From: Candidatus Hadarchaeales archaeon
GTDB taxonomy: Archaea > Hadarchaeota > Hadarchaeia > Hadarchaeales > JAWBSP01
Direction of reading: 5' to 3'
NCBI GenBank assembly: GCA_038842485.1
Contig: JAWBSP010000001.1
Span: forward strand, 1 to 64,000
Length of the DNA stretch: 64,000 nucleotides
Shown here: one piece after another, positions 26,925-36,792 of the stretch
Layout of the letters: each line of letters opens with the position of its first letter
How positions within the stretch are numbered: position 1 is the stretch's first letter
Translations under genes and position numbers: made by a program
Notes under the pieces: model-generated
Databases searched by the model: none
What the model was told of the DNA's origin: nothing
The model's input: the letters and a program-made list of their open reading frames with translations, nothing else

Positions 26925-28268
26925 TCACGAGTAACCCAGTTGTTTGAAAAACTTTTTGAGGGGCCCCTTCGGCATCCTGCCCCCTGCAAAGCTTTTAACA
27001 AGCTGTTTCATCATCTCATACTGTTTAAGCATCTCCTTGACCTCGGCCTCGCTGGTCCCAGAACCTTTGGCGATTCTCCTTATCCTAGAGGCATTCAAGA
27101 TTCCGGGGTCCTCCCTTTCCTCAGGGGTCATGGAGTCTATGATTACTTTAAATTTCTTCATCTTCTCTTGGCCGATTTTGAGTTGCTCTTGAGGCAGGGA
27201 GATACCTAAGCCCGGTATCATGGATAGAAGCTTGTCCAGCGAACCCATCTTCTGTGTGGCCTCGAGCATCTCCTGAAATTCTCGGAGATTCATCTTTCCC
27301 AGCGCAATTCTGCTCTCCAAGGTCTTTCTCTCACCCGCCGGTATCTCCTCCATCTTTTTGAGAAGGGTCTCCAGGTCCCCCATCCCTAGGAGCCTAGCCA
27401 CAAATTTCGTGGGAACGAAGGGCTCTACCTCGTCGATGTGCTCTCCGGTACCCACGAATTCAATGGAGGCGCCAGTTGCAGCCACCGCCGACAGGGCCCC
27501 TCCGCCCTTCGCGCTCCCGTCAAGTTTGGAGAGAAAAATGGAGCCCAGAGGCGCCGCTGAATGGAAGGCTTCTGCCTGATCCTTGGCTTGCTGACCAATG
27601 GTTGCGTCCACTACCAGCATGATGTGGTCTGGTTTCACAGCCTCCGCCAGCATCCTCATCTCCTCCATGAGTTCCCTTTCCCGCTTGTGCCTCCCGGCGG
27701 TGTCGATTAGGATGAGGTCACACTTTTCGGTTTTGAGCTTCTCCAAGCCTTCCTTGGCAATTCTCACCGGGTCCCTCGCCTCCGGATCCCCAACAACCTT
27801 CACCCCTATCTGCTCTCCTAGCTGCAGAAGCTGGAGATAGGCGCCCGGTCTATAGGTGTCCGCGCAGACCATTCCAACCCTGAAGCCTTTTTTCTTGTAG
27901 AAGTATGCCAGCTTGGCGGCCGAAGTAGTTTTGCCGCTACCCTGTAAACCCACTAGCAGGAGCACGTTGGGCCTTCCTGGCTGGAGCTGCAATCGGCCCG
28001 ATTTGCCCAAGAGATTCGAAAGCTCCGAGTAAACGATTCCCACGGTGTGTTCTCTCCGGCCAACTCCAGGAGGTGGTTTCTCGGACAAGGCACGTTCCTC
28101 TATCTTGCGGCAGAGGTTGAGTGCCAGCTCCACATTCACATCAGCTTGGAGAAGGGCGGTCTGGATGTCCCTCACCATCTCCTTCACAGCCTTTTCATCC
28201 ACGTAGGCCGCTTTAGTTATCTTCCGGATGGCTGCGTGAAGGCTCCTTCCCAGTTTTTCAAGCACCAT
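26925..28268 (-). CDS. srp54: Signal recognition particle protein SRP54
   Basis: GLQGSGKTT, DTYRPGA, DTAGRH, KLDGSAKGGG; M domain RIRRIAKGSG. Confidence 0.97.
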   Translation of the reverse strand: MVLEKLGRSLHAAIRKITKAAYVDEKAVKEMVRDIQTALLQADVNVELALNLCRKIEERALSEKPPPGVGRREHTVGIVYSELSNLLGKSGRLQLQPGRPNVLLLVGLQGSGKTTSAAKLAYFYKKKGFRVGMVCADTYRPGAYLQLLQLGEQIGVKVVGDPEARDPVRIAKEGLEKLKTEKCDLILIDTAGRHKRERELMEEMRMLAEAVKPDHIMLVVDATIGQQAKDQAEAFHSAAPLGSIFLSKLDGSAKGGGALSAVAATGASIEFVGTGEHIDEVEPFVPTKFVARLLGMGDLETLLKKMEEIPAGERKTLESRIALGKMNLREFQEMLEATQKMGSLDKLLSMIPGLGISLPQEQLKIGQEKMKKFKVIIDSMTPEEREDPGILNASRIRRIAKGSGTSEAEVKEMLKQYEMMKQLVKSFAGGRMPKGPLKKFFKQLGYS

Positions 28269-28751
28269 TTAGTACCAGTATGGGGGCATGCTTTTTTCAG
28301 TACGTTTCAGCTTTAGGGAAACGAAGGCACTCGCCCCGAAGAGGGAGAGGGCGAGGGCCACCAGCCAAAGGTTCGCTTCTCTGGGGATCTCGTACCCACG
28401 TTCGACCAACCACAGGTTTTCGGCATGGAGATCCACATCTCCTCCATGCTCGGGGCAGGCCATGTGAAAAATCCCGACTACTTCAATGATGTCTCCTTTG
28501 TGCCGATAATCGGCCGCCACCTTAAGGTTCTCCGTCATCTCAACCCTGCAGAAGACCCCAATAACTCCGCCGTTCTCAACACTGACCCAAACTTCTCTTC
28601 CCCTCCTTAGAATCCCGAAAACCTCTCCCCTGATGGTTACCTTGGTATTGTTAAAATTCTCTGGGTGGGAGAGGAGGTCACCGACGGTAACGGGCTGGGC
28701 ACAGGCAGGCGGGAGGAGGAGCAGGACCAGAAGGAAAACCCACCTTCTCAT
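28269..28751 (-). CDS. Membrane-anchored OB-fold-like hypothetical protein
   Basis: Signal peptide from ATG 28751 (ATGA overlap with trkH); VTIRGEV...GDIIEVVGIF; C-terminal TM. Confidence 0.65.
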   Translation of the reverse strand: MRRWVFLLVLLLLPPACAQPVTVGDLLSHPENFNNTKVTIRGEVFGILRRGREVWVSVENGGVIGVFCRVEMTENLKVAADYRHKGDIIEVVGIFHMACPEHGGDVDLHAENLWLVERGYEIPREANLWLVALALSLFGASAFVSLKLKRTEKSMPPYWY

Positions 28752-30259
28752 GGGATCCACCTCCTGATTGAGAAGAAAAGAGAGGCAAGGAGAACTAAGA
28801 CGGTAATGATCTCCAATCTCCCCGCCCACATGAGGAAGATGTATGTGAGCTTCAGGGCAGCAGGCATGGAGGGTGAAGTGATTCCACAGCTCAGCCCCGT
28901 GTTGCTGAGAGCCGAGGCGCTCTCAAACATGGCGCCTTGAAGGGGGTATCCAAAGGCCGCCGTTATCATCGTTCCAATCCCAAAAAGAATGAGATAGGAT
29001 AGGAGCACGAGTGTGGCTCCCCTTATCATGGTCTCCGTTATTGGGTTTTCACCCAAATGATAGTATCTCTCCCCCGTTACTGCTGAGCTGGGTAGGAAGA
29101 CCCTCCTCACCTCCAGCAGGAGAGATTTGAACAATATTCCTATTCTTATCCCTTTCACACCACCGGAGGTGGAGTTCGCTGATCCACCAACTATCATTAG
29201 CAGCGAGAGCAGGAAAAGAACGGGAACCGGCCAGAGAAAGAGGAGGAAGGAGGAGGGTACGGTCTGGAAACCGGTTGTAGTCTGAGCGGATAAGAGCTGG
29301 AAGAGGCCCTTCCTGAAGAGAAGGGAGGGGGAGGAGTACAGGCGGGAGAGGGGGAGGGCGGTGAGGATCAGCCCGGTGAGCGTGGCGAAGAGAAAGAACC
29401 TCACCTCGATATCTCTAAGCATCTCCCCTCTTTTTCCGGTGAACGCTGCATAGTGCAGGTTGAAGTTGAGGGATCCCAAAATCATCAGTATTAGGGCCAC
29501 GGTTTCCACCGCTGGGCTGTGGTAGTAGAGAAGGTTCTGGGAGCGCGTGCTGAACCCTCCCGTCGCGTAGGCGGTCATGCTGTGATTAAGGCCGTCAAAG
29601 AAGGACTCGCCAAGCCCCTGCCCAGCACTTAGGCCAGCGAGAGTGAAGAGAACGGTTCCAAGAGCTAGGAAGGTCACTGCAATGCCGAATATCCTTCTGG
29701 AGGTTCTCACCACGCTGGGTCTTATCCCTGCCTCCCTGGTTTCCCCCCTGAAGAGAAGAAAGGAGCTGATGTGTGTCCTTCCAAAAATGCAGAGGGAAAT
29801 CACCACGATTCCTATACCATCCCCGACGAACTGGAGGAGGTGTCTGAAGAAGTTGATGCTCTTGGGAAGAAGTTCCGGCCTAGTGGTTACGGTGAGTCCG
29901 GTACCCGTGAACCCGCTGGCTCCCTCGAACAGGGAGTCGAGATAGGAGTGGTATCCTCCTCCAAGCCAAAGCGGGATGGAACCGATCAGTGGGGCTAGGA
30001 GCCAGAGGAGGGCCGTGACCAAGAGGGCATGTTTTAACTCCATCTCTCGGTCGGTGTAGAAAAAGTGCTCCAGAAGGGAACTGAAGAGCACCGCGAACGA
30101 GAGCCCAGCGAGAAAGACAGGGATCACCTCGAGCTCAGAGCAAGCACAGGCAACCGCAATGGGGGGAATCAGCAGAAGGCTCAGGGCGCGCGAGAACCTG
30201 CCCAAATTGAACCCCACGATTTTGAAATCCTGTAGGGAGAGGAAAATCAACTCAGACAC
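28748..30259 (-). CDS. trkH: Trk potassium uptake permease
   Basis: Four selectivity loops SGFTGTG, ATGGF, TTTGF, SNTGLS; GRLE. Confidence 0.92.
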   Translation of the reverse strand: MSELIFLSLQDFKIVGFNLGRFSRALSLLLIPPIAVACACSELEVIPVFLAGLSFAVLFSSLLEHFFYTDREMELKHALLVTALLWLLAPLIGSIPLWLGGGYHSYLDSLFEGASGFTGTGLTVTTRPELLPKSINFFRHLLQFVGDGIGIVVISLCIFGRTHISSFLLFRGETREAGIRPSVVRTSRRIFGIAVTFLALGTVLFTLAGLSAGQGLGESFFDGLNHSMTAYATGGFSTRSQNLLYYHSPAVETVALILMILGSLNFNLHYAAFTGKRGEMLRDIEVRFFLFATLTGLILTALPLSRLYSSPSLLFRKGLFQLLSAQTTTGFQTVPSSFLLFLWPVPVLFLLSLLMIVGGSANSTSGGVKGIRIGILFKSLLLEVRRVFLPSSAVTGERYYHLGENPITETMIRGATLVLLSYLILFGIGTMITAAFGYPLQGAMFESASALSNTGLSCGITSPSMPAALKLTYIFLMWAGRLEIITVLVLLASLFFSIRRWIP

Positions 30260-30392
30260 CCCAACCTATGAGATAGCACAGGAGGAGGCCGGCCGCTAGG
30301 ATAAGGAGGGCCAATCCTATCTCCTCTGCCATTCCCACTAGGAAGTCAAAGCTCCTTTTAAGCTCTTTCAGGTTCAGCCTCCTGGGAGCCAT
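30252..30392 (-). CDS. 46-aa single-TM small protein between trkA and trkH (not in ORF track)
   Basis: MAPRRLNLKELKRSFDFLVGMAEEIGLALLILAAGLLLCYLIGWGV*; GGGGTG SD upstream; 8-nt overlap with the trkH start. Confidence 0.7.
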   Translation of the reverse strand: MAPRRLNLKELKRSFDFLVGMAEEIGLALLILAAGLLLCYLIGWGV

Positions 30393-30432
30393 CAAAACCC
30401 ACCCCCTATTTCTTTAACGCGTGAGCTTAGGG

Positions 30433-31101
30433 TTATTTGGTGAAAAGTTTGAGGGCCCCCCTTATAGCCTCCTCCTCTCCTATAAGAGCGACTACATCCC
30501 CCCTCTTTAGGACAGTCTTCCCGTGTGGAATGATAATGGTCCTTCCACGATAGATTGCCCCTATCACACAGTTCTTGGGCAGCTCCAAGTCCTTTATCAG
30601 CTTCCCCTCGGCTGGGCAGCCGCCCTGTATAGTGGTTTCCACTGCGCGGGTGAGAGTTCCAGAGGTCAGAATGGAGACAGTGCCAGGGAGTGAAATCGCA
30701 TTCTCTAGGACGAAGGCCGAGACGTGGGAAGGGCTGAAGACGAAGTCTATGCCCGTCTCTTGGGCCGTCTTTGTCATCTCAGGGTTTTCGACCCTCGCAA
30801 GGGTGAGGGGAACCTGAAACATGTGCTTGGCCAAATGGCAGGCGACTATGTTGTGGCTGTCGTCCCCGGTCACGCCTGCGAAGGCATCCGCTTGTCTCGC
30901 ACCTGCGTCCTCCAAGATTTTAGGAGAGGTGCAGTCGCCATTGATGACGAGTGCATTCAGACTGGAGGCTATTCTTTCGCAAACCTCCTTATCCCTCTCC
31001 ACGATGGCTACATCCAATTTCTTTTCAAGCAAGAGCTGTGCCAGCCTATAGCCTACCCTCCCTCCCCCCCCGATGATGACGTATTTTGGCGGTTTTCTCA
31101 T
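30433..31101 (-). CDS. trkA: Trk potassium uptake NAD-binding subunit
   Basis: GGGRVG Rossmann motif, GDCT, RCK_C (IIPHGKTVLKRGD). Confidence 0.92.
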   Translation of the reverse strand: MRKPPKYVIIGGGGRVGYRLAQLLLEKKLDVAIVERDKEVCERIASSLNALVINGDCTSPKILEDAGARQADAFAGVTGDDSHNIVACHLAKHMFQVPLTLARVENPEMTKTAQETGIDFVFSPSHVSAFVLENAISLPGTVSILTSGTLTRAVETTIQGGCPAEGKLIKDLELPKNCVIGAIYRGRTIIIPHGKTVLKRGDVVALIGEEEAIRGALKLFTK

Positions 31102-31130
31102 GTTTTAAATTAGATGCCCCTCTTTAGAAT

Positions 31131-32147
31131 ATGTTGAGGTTTGAAAAAATCTTGGGCTCAGCTGAATTCCTCAGTCCCCTCCTCAATTTCTCCAAGGTCA
31201 CGCAGGTTCTGGAGTACCGGAGGGACCCGCTCACAGGTTTCTGGTCAAGAATTAACGTGGAAAGGTCGAAAAGGGTGAAGTATTCGGTGAGAAAGGAGGA
31301 GATAGACGAGTTCATTGAGAATTCCAGAAGGAGCTGTTTCTTTTGTCCAGAACACATCGAAAATTCAACCCCAAAGTTCAGCTTCGGCGGGGGGAGAATT
31401 AAAGTGGGGGAAGCCACGGTTTTCCCCAACCTTTTTCCCTTTGGGGATCATCACGCGGTAGTTTCCCTCTCTACCGAGCACTTCCTCTATCCCGCCCAGT
31501 TCCAGCCAAAAATCATAGCGGATGGTTTCAGGGCGAGCTTAGAGTTTTTCAGGGGGGTTTTGAAAAGGGATCCCGAGAGCCAGTTCTGCCACCTCAACTG
31601 GAACTTTCTCCCTCCCGCCGCTGCTAGCGTAGTTCATCCCCACTTCCAGATACTGGCGGACAGGAAACCCACCTCCTACTTAGCTCTCATGCTGGAGAAG
31701 AGCAGAGAGTACGCTCGGAATGGCTCCAATTACTGGCTGGACTTGCTGAGGGAGGAGGAGGCTAGGGGTGAGAGGTTCATCTGGGGAAACGATGTCCTAG
31801 GTTGTTTGGCTAGCTTCTCCCCACAAGCCAACAACGAGATCCTTCTGGTGTTCAGGAGGATTTCCTCTCTCTTGGAGATGGAGGAGAGGGAGGTAGAGGA
31901 AGTCGCTCTCGCCGTGACCAAGGTCGTTCGGAGGTATGGAGAGATGGGGATAGACAGCTTCAATATGACCACCTTTTCCGGCCCACCGGGGGCGGAGTAC
32001 TATAGGCTCAATGTGAAGCTGGTCTCCAGGCCGAACCTCAGACACCTCTACATCACCGACGCTGGTTTCATGGAGAGGCTGCACTACGAGCCAGTTATAG
32101 AAACCCTGCCGGAGGAAGTGGCATCCAAGTTCAGGTCAGCGTTTTGA
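31131..32147 (+). CDS. galT: Galactose-1-phosphate uridylyltransferase-like (HIT) protein
   Basis: RRDPLTG, CFFCP, FPNLFP, ASVVHPHFQ, LPEEVA. Confidence 0.8.
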   Translation: MLRFEKILGSAEFLSPLLNFSKVTQVLEYRRDPLTGFWSRINVERSKRVKYSVRKEEIDEFIENSRRSCFFCPEHIENSTPKFSFGGGRIKVGEATVFPNLFPFGDHHAVVSLSTEHFLYPAQFQPKIIADGFRASLEFFRGVLKRDPESQFCHLNWNFLPPAAASVVHPHFQILADRKPTSYLALMLEKSREYARNGSNYWLDLLREEEARGERFIWGNDVLGCLASFSPQANNEILLVFRRISSLLEMEEREVEEVALAVTKVVRRYGEMGIDSFNMTTFSGPPGAEYYRLNVKLVSRPNLRHLYITDAGFMERLHYEPVIETLPEEVASKFRSAF

Positions 32148-32732
32148 GAGGAGGGGGGCAATCAGTTTTCTGATTTCTTCCTCCAGCCGAGCTGGTTCTT
32201 GGCAGGCATCGAGGATGGGAAGGCCCTCTCTCCTGAAAAGCCTCAGGTAGTTCTCCCTTACCCTCTCCTGAAACTCTCGGTCAGCCTCGAACCTGTCAAG
32301 TTTTTTCCCCCTCATTCGTTTCATGGCCACCTCCACTGGGATGTCGAGCAGTATCACTAGGTCGGGCCTCTGGAAGTGCTTGTTGAGTTCCCTCACCACC
32401 TCCTCTGGCACCCCTCTAGCTGGCTGATAGGCGAGCGAGGAGTGGATGTATCTTTCGCAGATGACGATTTTGCCATCCGCGAGGGCAGGTTTCACTTCCT
32501 CTTCTAGGTGTTGGTTTCTGTCGGCGGCAAATAGCATGGCCTCGGTGAGAGGCGAGAACTTCACCCTACCTTTTATCATCTCCCGGAGTAATCTGCCCAC
32601 TGGTCCATTCGTGGGCTCGGCAGTTAGAAGCACCTTCTTTCCAATAGAGTTCAACCAACGGGAGATCGCCTTAGATTGCGTGCTCTTCCCACATCCGTCC
32701 AGCCCCTCCAAACAGACGAAGATTTCCCTCAT
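32136..32732 (-). CDS. tmk: Thymidylate kinase
   Basis: EGLDGCGKSTQ, EPT, FAADR, ERYIHSSLAYQ; start MREIF at 32732. Confidence 0.93.
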   Translation of the reverse strand: MREIFVCLEGLDGCGKSTQSKAISRWLNSIGKKVLLTAEPTNGPVGRLLREMIKGRVKFSPLTEAMLFAADRNQHLEEEVKPALADGKIVICERYIHSSLAYQPARGVPEEVVRELNKHFQRPDLVILLDIPVEVAMKRMRGKKLDRFEADREFQERVRENYLRLFRREGLPILDACQEPARLEEEIRKLIAPLLSKR

Positions 32733-33859
32733 AGCTTGGTGGGGATGGGTACGCACAATATCAGAATGGTGAGAGCAACCGCCGCCATGATCCTGTATTT
32801 TCGTGAAACTTCAGAGACGTCATCGAGGGCCCCAGGATGTTTGGAGCTGAAGGCGAGTAAGATAATCAAACCCCACAGCCAGAGCGGGTACTCAGGGAGA
32901 AAGAAGCCCAAGAAAAGGAGCGAAAACCCCAGCAGGCGCGTGAGCCTGTAATGCTGGTTTGCGCTCATGAGTCCCCGGAGGATGTGTCCGCCATCGAGCT
33001 GTCCCGCTGGCAGGAGGTTTAAGGCGGTGACTATCATCATCGACCAGCCGGAGAGGAGGAGAGGGTTGAGCCTGAAGCTGAGATCTTTTAGAGGGAGGAG
33101 AAAGGCAGGAACGAGCGGGAAGGGAAAGCCACCCACCGAAAACCTGAGCTGGATCATGCCCAAGATTGTTGCGGAGAGGGCTAGGAGGAACCCTAGGAGG
33201 GGGCCTAGGAAACCCATCTCGATGAGGGCCTCTTTGGTTCTTATCGGTTTTTTTATCTTTATCAGGGCCCCAAAAGTTCCCAAAAAGAAGGGGGAGGGAA
33301 GAAAGTATGGGTTCGAGATTTCCACATTGTTTCTTTTGGCCGCCAGCCGGTGTCCCGCCTCGTGGGCCCCTAGGATGGCAAGCAGGGTAGAGGAGAAGAC
33401 TAGGGCCTCTGTTAGGTTTCCAAACAAGTACAGGCCGGCCAGCATTGTGCTGCAGGCGGTGGCGAGGAGAAGGAGGAGGTTTACCCAGAGCTTTTCCCCT
33501 GGGATGGGGGGGAGTTTGGCGGCGAGGAGCCTTATCCCTCCTCCCGCCTTCCTCATGGCGACAATGTATCCCTTGGAGTCCAGCTCCTCAGATAGGGAGA
33601 GAAAGGAGGTTTTGGGGTCCCGGGTTTCTACCTCGGCTTCCAGCTCCTTGTCTGTTCCCACAAAGTCGAAGACCTCGAACCTTTTGGAGATGGATTCCAG
33701 CATCTCGCGTAACGCCTCTGGAACCTCACCAGATGACACCACGACATCCCCGCCACAACGGCAGTTTCCTTCAAGCAGCTCCCCAAACCCCAGCGACGAC
33801 ATCCGGTATTCTGAGCGTCCGCAGGCCAAGCAGGTGAACTTAGCGACCGGGAGGTTCAT
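32729..33859 (-). CDS. Site-2 protease (M50) with N-terminal Zn ribbon
   Basis: HEAGH, GTFGA, NLLPAGQLDGGH; CLACG...CRCG at the N-terminus. Confidence 0.88.
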   Translation of the reverse strand: MNLPVAKFTCLACGRSEYRMSSLGFGELLEGNCRCGGDVVVSSGEVPEALREMLESISKRFEVFDFVGTDKELEAEVETRDPKTSFLSLSEELDSKGYIVAMRKAGGGIRLLAAKLPPIPGEKLWVNLLLLLATACSTMLAGLYLFGNLTEALVFSSTLLAILGAHEAGHRLAAKRNNVEISNPYFLPSPFFLGTFGALIKIKKPIRTKEALIEMGFLGPLLGFLLALSATILGMIQLRFSVGGFPFPLVPAFLLPLKDLSFRLNPLLLSGWSMMIVTALNLLPAGQLDGGHILRGLMSANQHYRLTRLLGFSLLFLGFFLPEYPLWLWGLIILLAFSSKHPGALDDVSEVSRKYRIMAAVALTILILCVPIPTKL

Positions 33860-34409
33860 TCCCCCACCTCTGATAGAGTTCGTGGGTTAGCCCCAGTACC
33901 TCCAAGATTTTCCCAACCACAAAGTCGATGAGGTCCTGCACGCTCTTCGGGTGGTGATAGAAGCCAGGGCATGCGGGCAAGATAACTGCACCGGCCCTTC
34001 CAAGACGTAGCATGTTTTCGAGGTGAATCTGGTTGAGGGGTGTCTCTCTGGGGACCAAGATCAGTTTCCTTCCTTGTTTAAGGGTGACCTCAGCCGCTCT
34101 CGTGATCAGGTTGTTCGAGATCCCGTTGGCAATGCAGGCGAGTGTCTTCATGCTACAAGGAACTATCACCATGCCGTCTGTTGGATAGGAACCGCTGGAG
34201 AGAGGGGAGAGGAGATCGTCTTGGGAATAGGAGCGGGTAGCCAGCGCCTTCACTTCTTCGAGCATTCTCCCCGTTTCCAGCTTGAGAATTTTCTCAGCCA
34301 TTCTCGAAATGATGAGGTCGGTTTCCACTCCCAGCTCACGGAGAACCTCGAGGGTTCTCACCCCGTATGCCACCCCACTGGATCCTGTTATAGCAAGGAC
34401 TAGATGCAC
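33840..34409 (-). CDS. ubiX: Flavin prenyltransferase
   Basis: AITGSSG, SSGS, PCSMKTLA, RAAEVTLK, PRETP; probable GTG start at 34409. Confidence 0.93.
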   Translation of the reverse strand: MHLVLAITGSSGVAYGVRTLEVLRELGVETDLIISRMAEKILKLETGRMLEEVKALATRSYSQDDLLSPLSSGSYPTDGMVIVPCSMKTLACIANGISNNLITRAAEVTLKQGRKLILVPRETPLNQIHLENMLRLGRAGAVILPACPGFYHHPKSVQDLIDFVVGKILEVLGLTHELYQRWGNEPPGR

Positions 34410-34502
34410 ATCAACCTTAGCCGAAAAGACTATAAGCACTGCAGCTCTCGGGGTTGACTCAAACATTGAGACGCGGATATTTTTACTCTTGGGTTATCTT
34501 AG

Positions 34503-36356
34503 ATGCGGCTTCTGCTCATTCACGCTGATTACCTCGAATTTGAGGTAAAGGAGCCCACGCCAGCGGCCGAGAAAGTGGAGGAAAAGAGTGGCAGATTCGA
34601 CGAGGTCTTGGTGGTGTTTGCTACCGCGGAGGAGAGGGATGAGGCAAACCCAGTGGCGGTAGCCGAGAAGGCGGCGGAGGAGATCGAGGAGGTGATGAGG
34701 AGGGTGAAGGCCGAGAGAATAGTTCTCTACCCCTACGCACATCTGAGCTCCTCACTGGCTACTCCCGCTGAGGCTCTCCGGATTCTCGAACTCACGAAGG
34801 AGAAGCTTGTCTCGAAGGGATTCGAAGTTGCACGCCTCCCGTTCGGCTGGTACAAGGCTTTCGCACTTAGGTGCAAGGGGCATCCTTTAAGTGAGCTCTC
34901 CAAGGAAATTCTTCCGGAGGGTGAGGAGAAGCTATTACCCCCACCTAAGGTTCCAAGCGAGCTCCTTCTTCTCGAGCCCGATGGGAAGGAACACCGAATC
35001 GATCTGAGGAGGTTGGATGTTGAACCTCTCAGGAACTACCCAGAGGTGAGACAATTCCTACGCAGCGAGGAGCTAGGGGAAAGAAGCGGGAAGGAGATGG
35101 CTCACCTCAAACTGATGAGGCGGCTGGAGCTGGTGGACTACGAGCCAGCTAGTGACGTGGGGCACTTCAGATTTTATCCCAATGGTCTGCTGATAAAGGA
35201 GCTACTGCAGGATCTGGCCATCCATCTGGCTCACGAGCTGGGAGCCATGAGGGTGGAAACCCCCCTGATGTACAGAGAGAGCGAGCCCGACATCGCCGAG
35301 CAGGCCTCCCGCTTCCACCAGAGGGATTATAGGATAAGACTTCCAAATTACTCTCTCCTTCTTCGCTTCGCTGGGGATTTTGGTCTCTTCAAGATGATGA
35401 AAAGTGCGCTGGTGAGCCACAAGCAGCTCCCCGTGAGGATCTTCGAGCTCTCCCACTCCTACAGGCTGGAGCAGAGCGGGGAGTGCGTGGGTCTGAAGAG
35501 GCTGAGGGCCTTCACTATGCCAGATTTGCACTGTTTTTGTGAGAACATGCAGCAGGCTCTCGGAGAGTACGAACTCCTTTTTAAGAAGTATTTGGAGCTA
35601 ACCCGCTCGTTGGGGGTTGAAGTTGTGGTGGTATTCAGGGTGGTCAGGGAGTTTTACGAGAAGCACAAAGAGTTCATTGTTGGGCTCCTCAAATCTGCTG
35701 GAAAGCCGGCGGTTTTGGAGGTTCTCGATCAGCCCAAGCACTACTGGGTACTGAAGCACGAGTTTCAGTTCATCGATTCAGCGGGGGGAAATGCCCAGCT
35801 GGCAACGGTCCAGCTCGACACGGAAGATTCCGCCAGGTACGGGATAGGCTTTGTGGGTCCAAATGGGAAGAAAAGTGGATTCATTATTTTGCACTCATCC
35901 ATGGGCTCGATTGAGCGCTGGATTTACGCCCTGCTGGAGCAGGCTGCCAAGCACTCCCAAGCGGGGAAGGTCCCCTCGCTACCCGTTTGGCTGGCGCCTA
36001 CCCAAGTGAGGCTCCTCCCGGTGACGGAAAAGTATACGGCTCAATGCCTCCGGCTAGCTGAGGTTCTCAGGCGTCGGGGACTCAGGGTGGATGTGGATGA
36101 TCGGGACATAACCGTTTCCAAGAAGGTGAGGGAGGCTGAAACCGACTGGGTACCCTTTATCGTAGTGGTGGGAGAGAAGGAGCAGAAGTCACGAAAGTTA
36201 AGCGTGAGAATTAGGGGTGAGAAGGGTACTAGGTTGCTCTCCAACCAACAGCTTGTGGAGGAGGTGAGGAAGAGAATTGAAGGGATGCCCTTTAGGCCCT
36301 CCAATCTTCCTATCCTCCTCTCGAAAAGACCGATTTTCGTCTCCTCTTCACATTAG
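34503..36356 (+). CDS. thrS: Threonyl-tRNA synthetase, archaeal type with N-terminal editing domain
   Basis: MRLLLIH, YPYAHLS, PFGWYKAF, CKGHPLSE, RLRAFTMPDLH, HSSMGSIER. Confidence 0.96.
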   Translation: MRLLLIHADYLEFEVKEPTPAAEKVEEKSGRFDEVLVVFATAEERDEANPVAVAEKAAEEIEEVMRRVKAERIVLYPYAHLSSSLATPAEALRILELTKEKLVSKGFEVARLPFGWYKAFALRCKGHPLSELSKEILPEGEEKLLPPPKVPSELLLLEPDGKEHRIDLRRLDVEPLRNYPEVRQFLRSEELGERSGKEMAHLKLMRRLELVDYEPASDVGHFRFYPNGLLIKELLQDLAIHLAHELGAMRVETPLMYRESEPDIAEQASRFHQRDYRIRLPNYSLLLRFAGDFGLFKMMKSALVSHKQLPVRIFELSHSYRLEQSGECVGLKRLRAFTMPDLHCFCENMQQALGEYELLFKKYLELTRSLGVEVVVVFRVVREFYEKHKEFIVGLLKSAGKPAVLEVLDQPKHYWVLKHEFQFIDSAGGNAQLATVQLDTEDSARYGIGFVGPNGKKSGFIILHSSMGSIERWIYALLEQAAKHSQAGKVPSLPVWLAPTQVRLLPVTEKYTAQCLRLAEVLRRRGLRVDVDDRDITVSKKVREAETDWVPFIVVVGEKEQKSRKLSVRIRGEKGTRLLSNQQLVEEVRKRIEGMPFRPSNLPILLSKRPIFVSSSH

Positions 36357-36500
36357 TCAATCCAGCTGGAACCGTGGAGTTTAGGGGCTGCACGCATAGC
36401 GTTCCACACCTGATTGGCTCTATGTATTGTGAAATCCTAACGTCATGTTTGCTCGAAGGATTGTGCAGAAACGCTTTAATTTGCTCTTTCTTCCGATTTG

Positions 36501-36782
36501 ATGCAGAATTGGTCGTGGCCACCTCCACCGTTGGAAGAAGAAGAGGAGGAAGAGGAGGTGGAGTGGGCAGATGAAGTGAGGCTGCAGGTTATTGAGTTCC
36601 TTCTGAGGAGATACGGGAATCTTGCTCCAAACGACATTGCGAAAGCATTAGGATGGAAGGTGAAGGAAGTCAGGGAGCTGCTGGTTCAGCTTGAGCATTC
36701 TGGCAAGGCGGAGAGAATCAAATTAGGAAAAAGACAGGTCTGGGCCTACCGTGAAACTGTCCCAACTCTAATGTACTACTAG
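36501..36782 (+). CDS. Small winged-helix protein with Pro/acidic N-terminus
   Basis: APNDIAKALGWKVKEVRELLVQLEHSGK HTH pattern. Confidence 0.65.
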   Translation: MQNWSWPPPPLEEEEEEEEVEWADEVRLQVIEFLLRRYGNLAPNDIAKALGWKVKEVRELLVQLEHSGKAERIKLGKRQVWAYRETVPTLMYY

Positions 36783-36792
36783 TCAATTTCTG

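Noticed and set aside
36361-36406. ORB-like motifs (TCCAGCTGGAAC, GTTCCA) as a replication origin
   Set aside because: Poor match to the ORB consensus, no G-string, no long AT-rich unwinding element and no cdc6/orc1 nearby.
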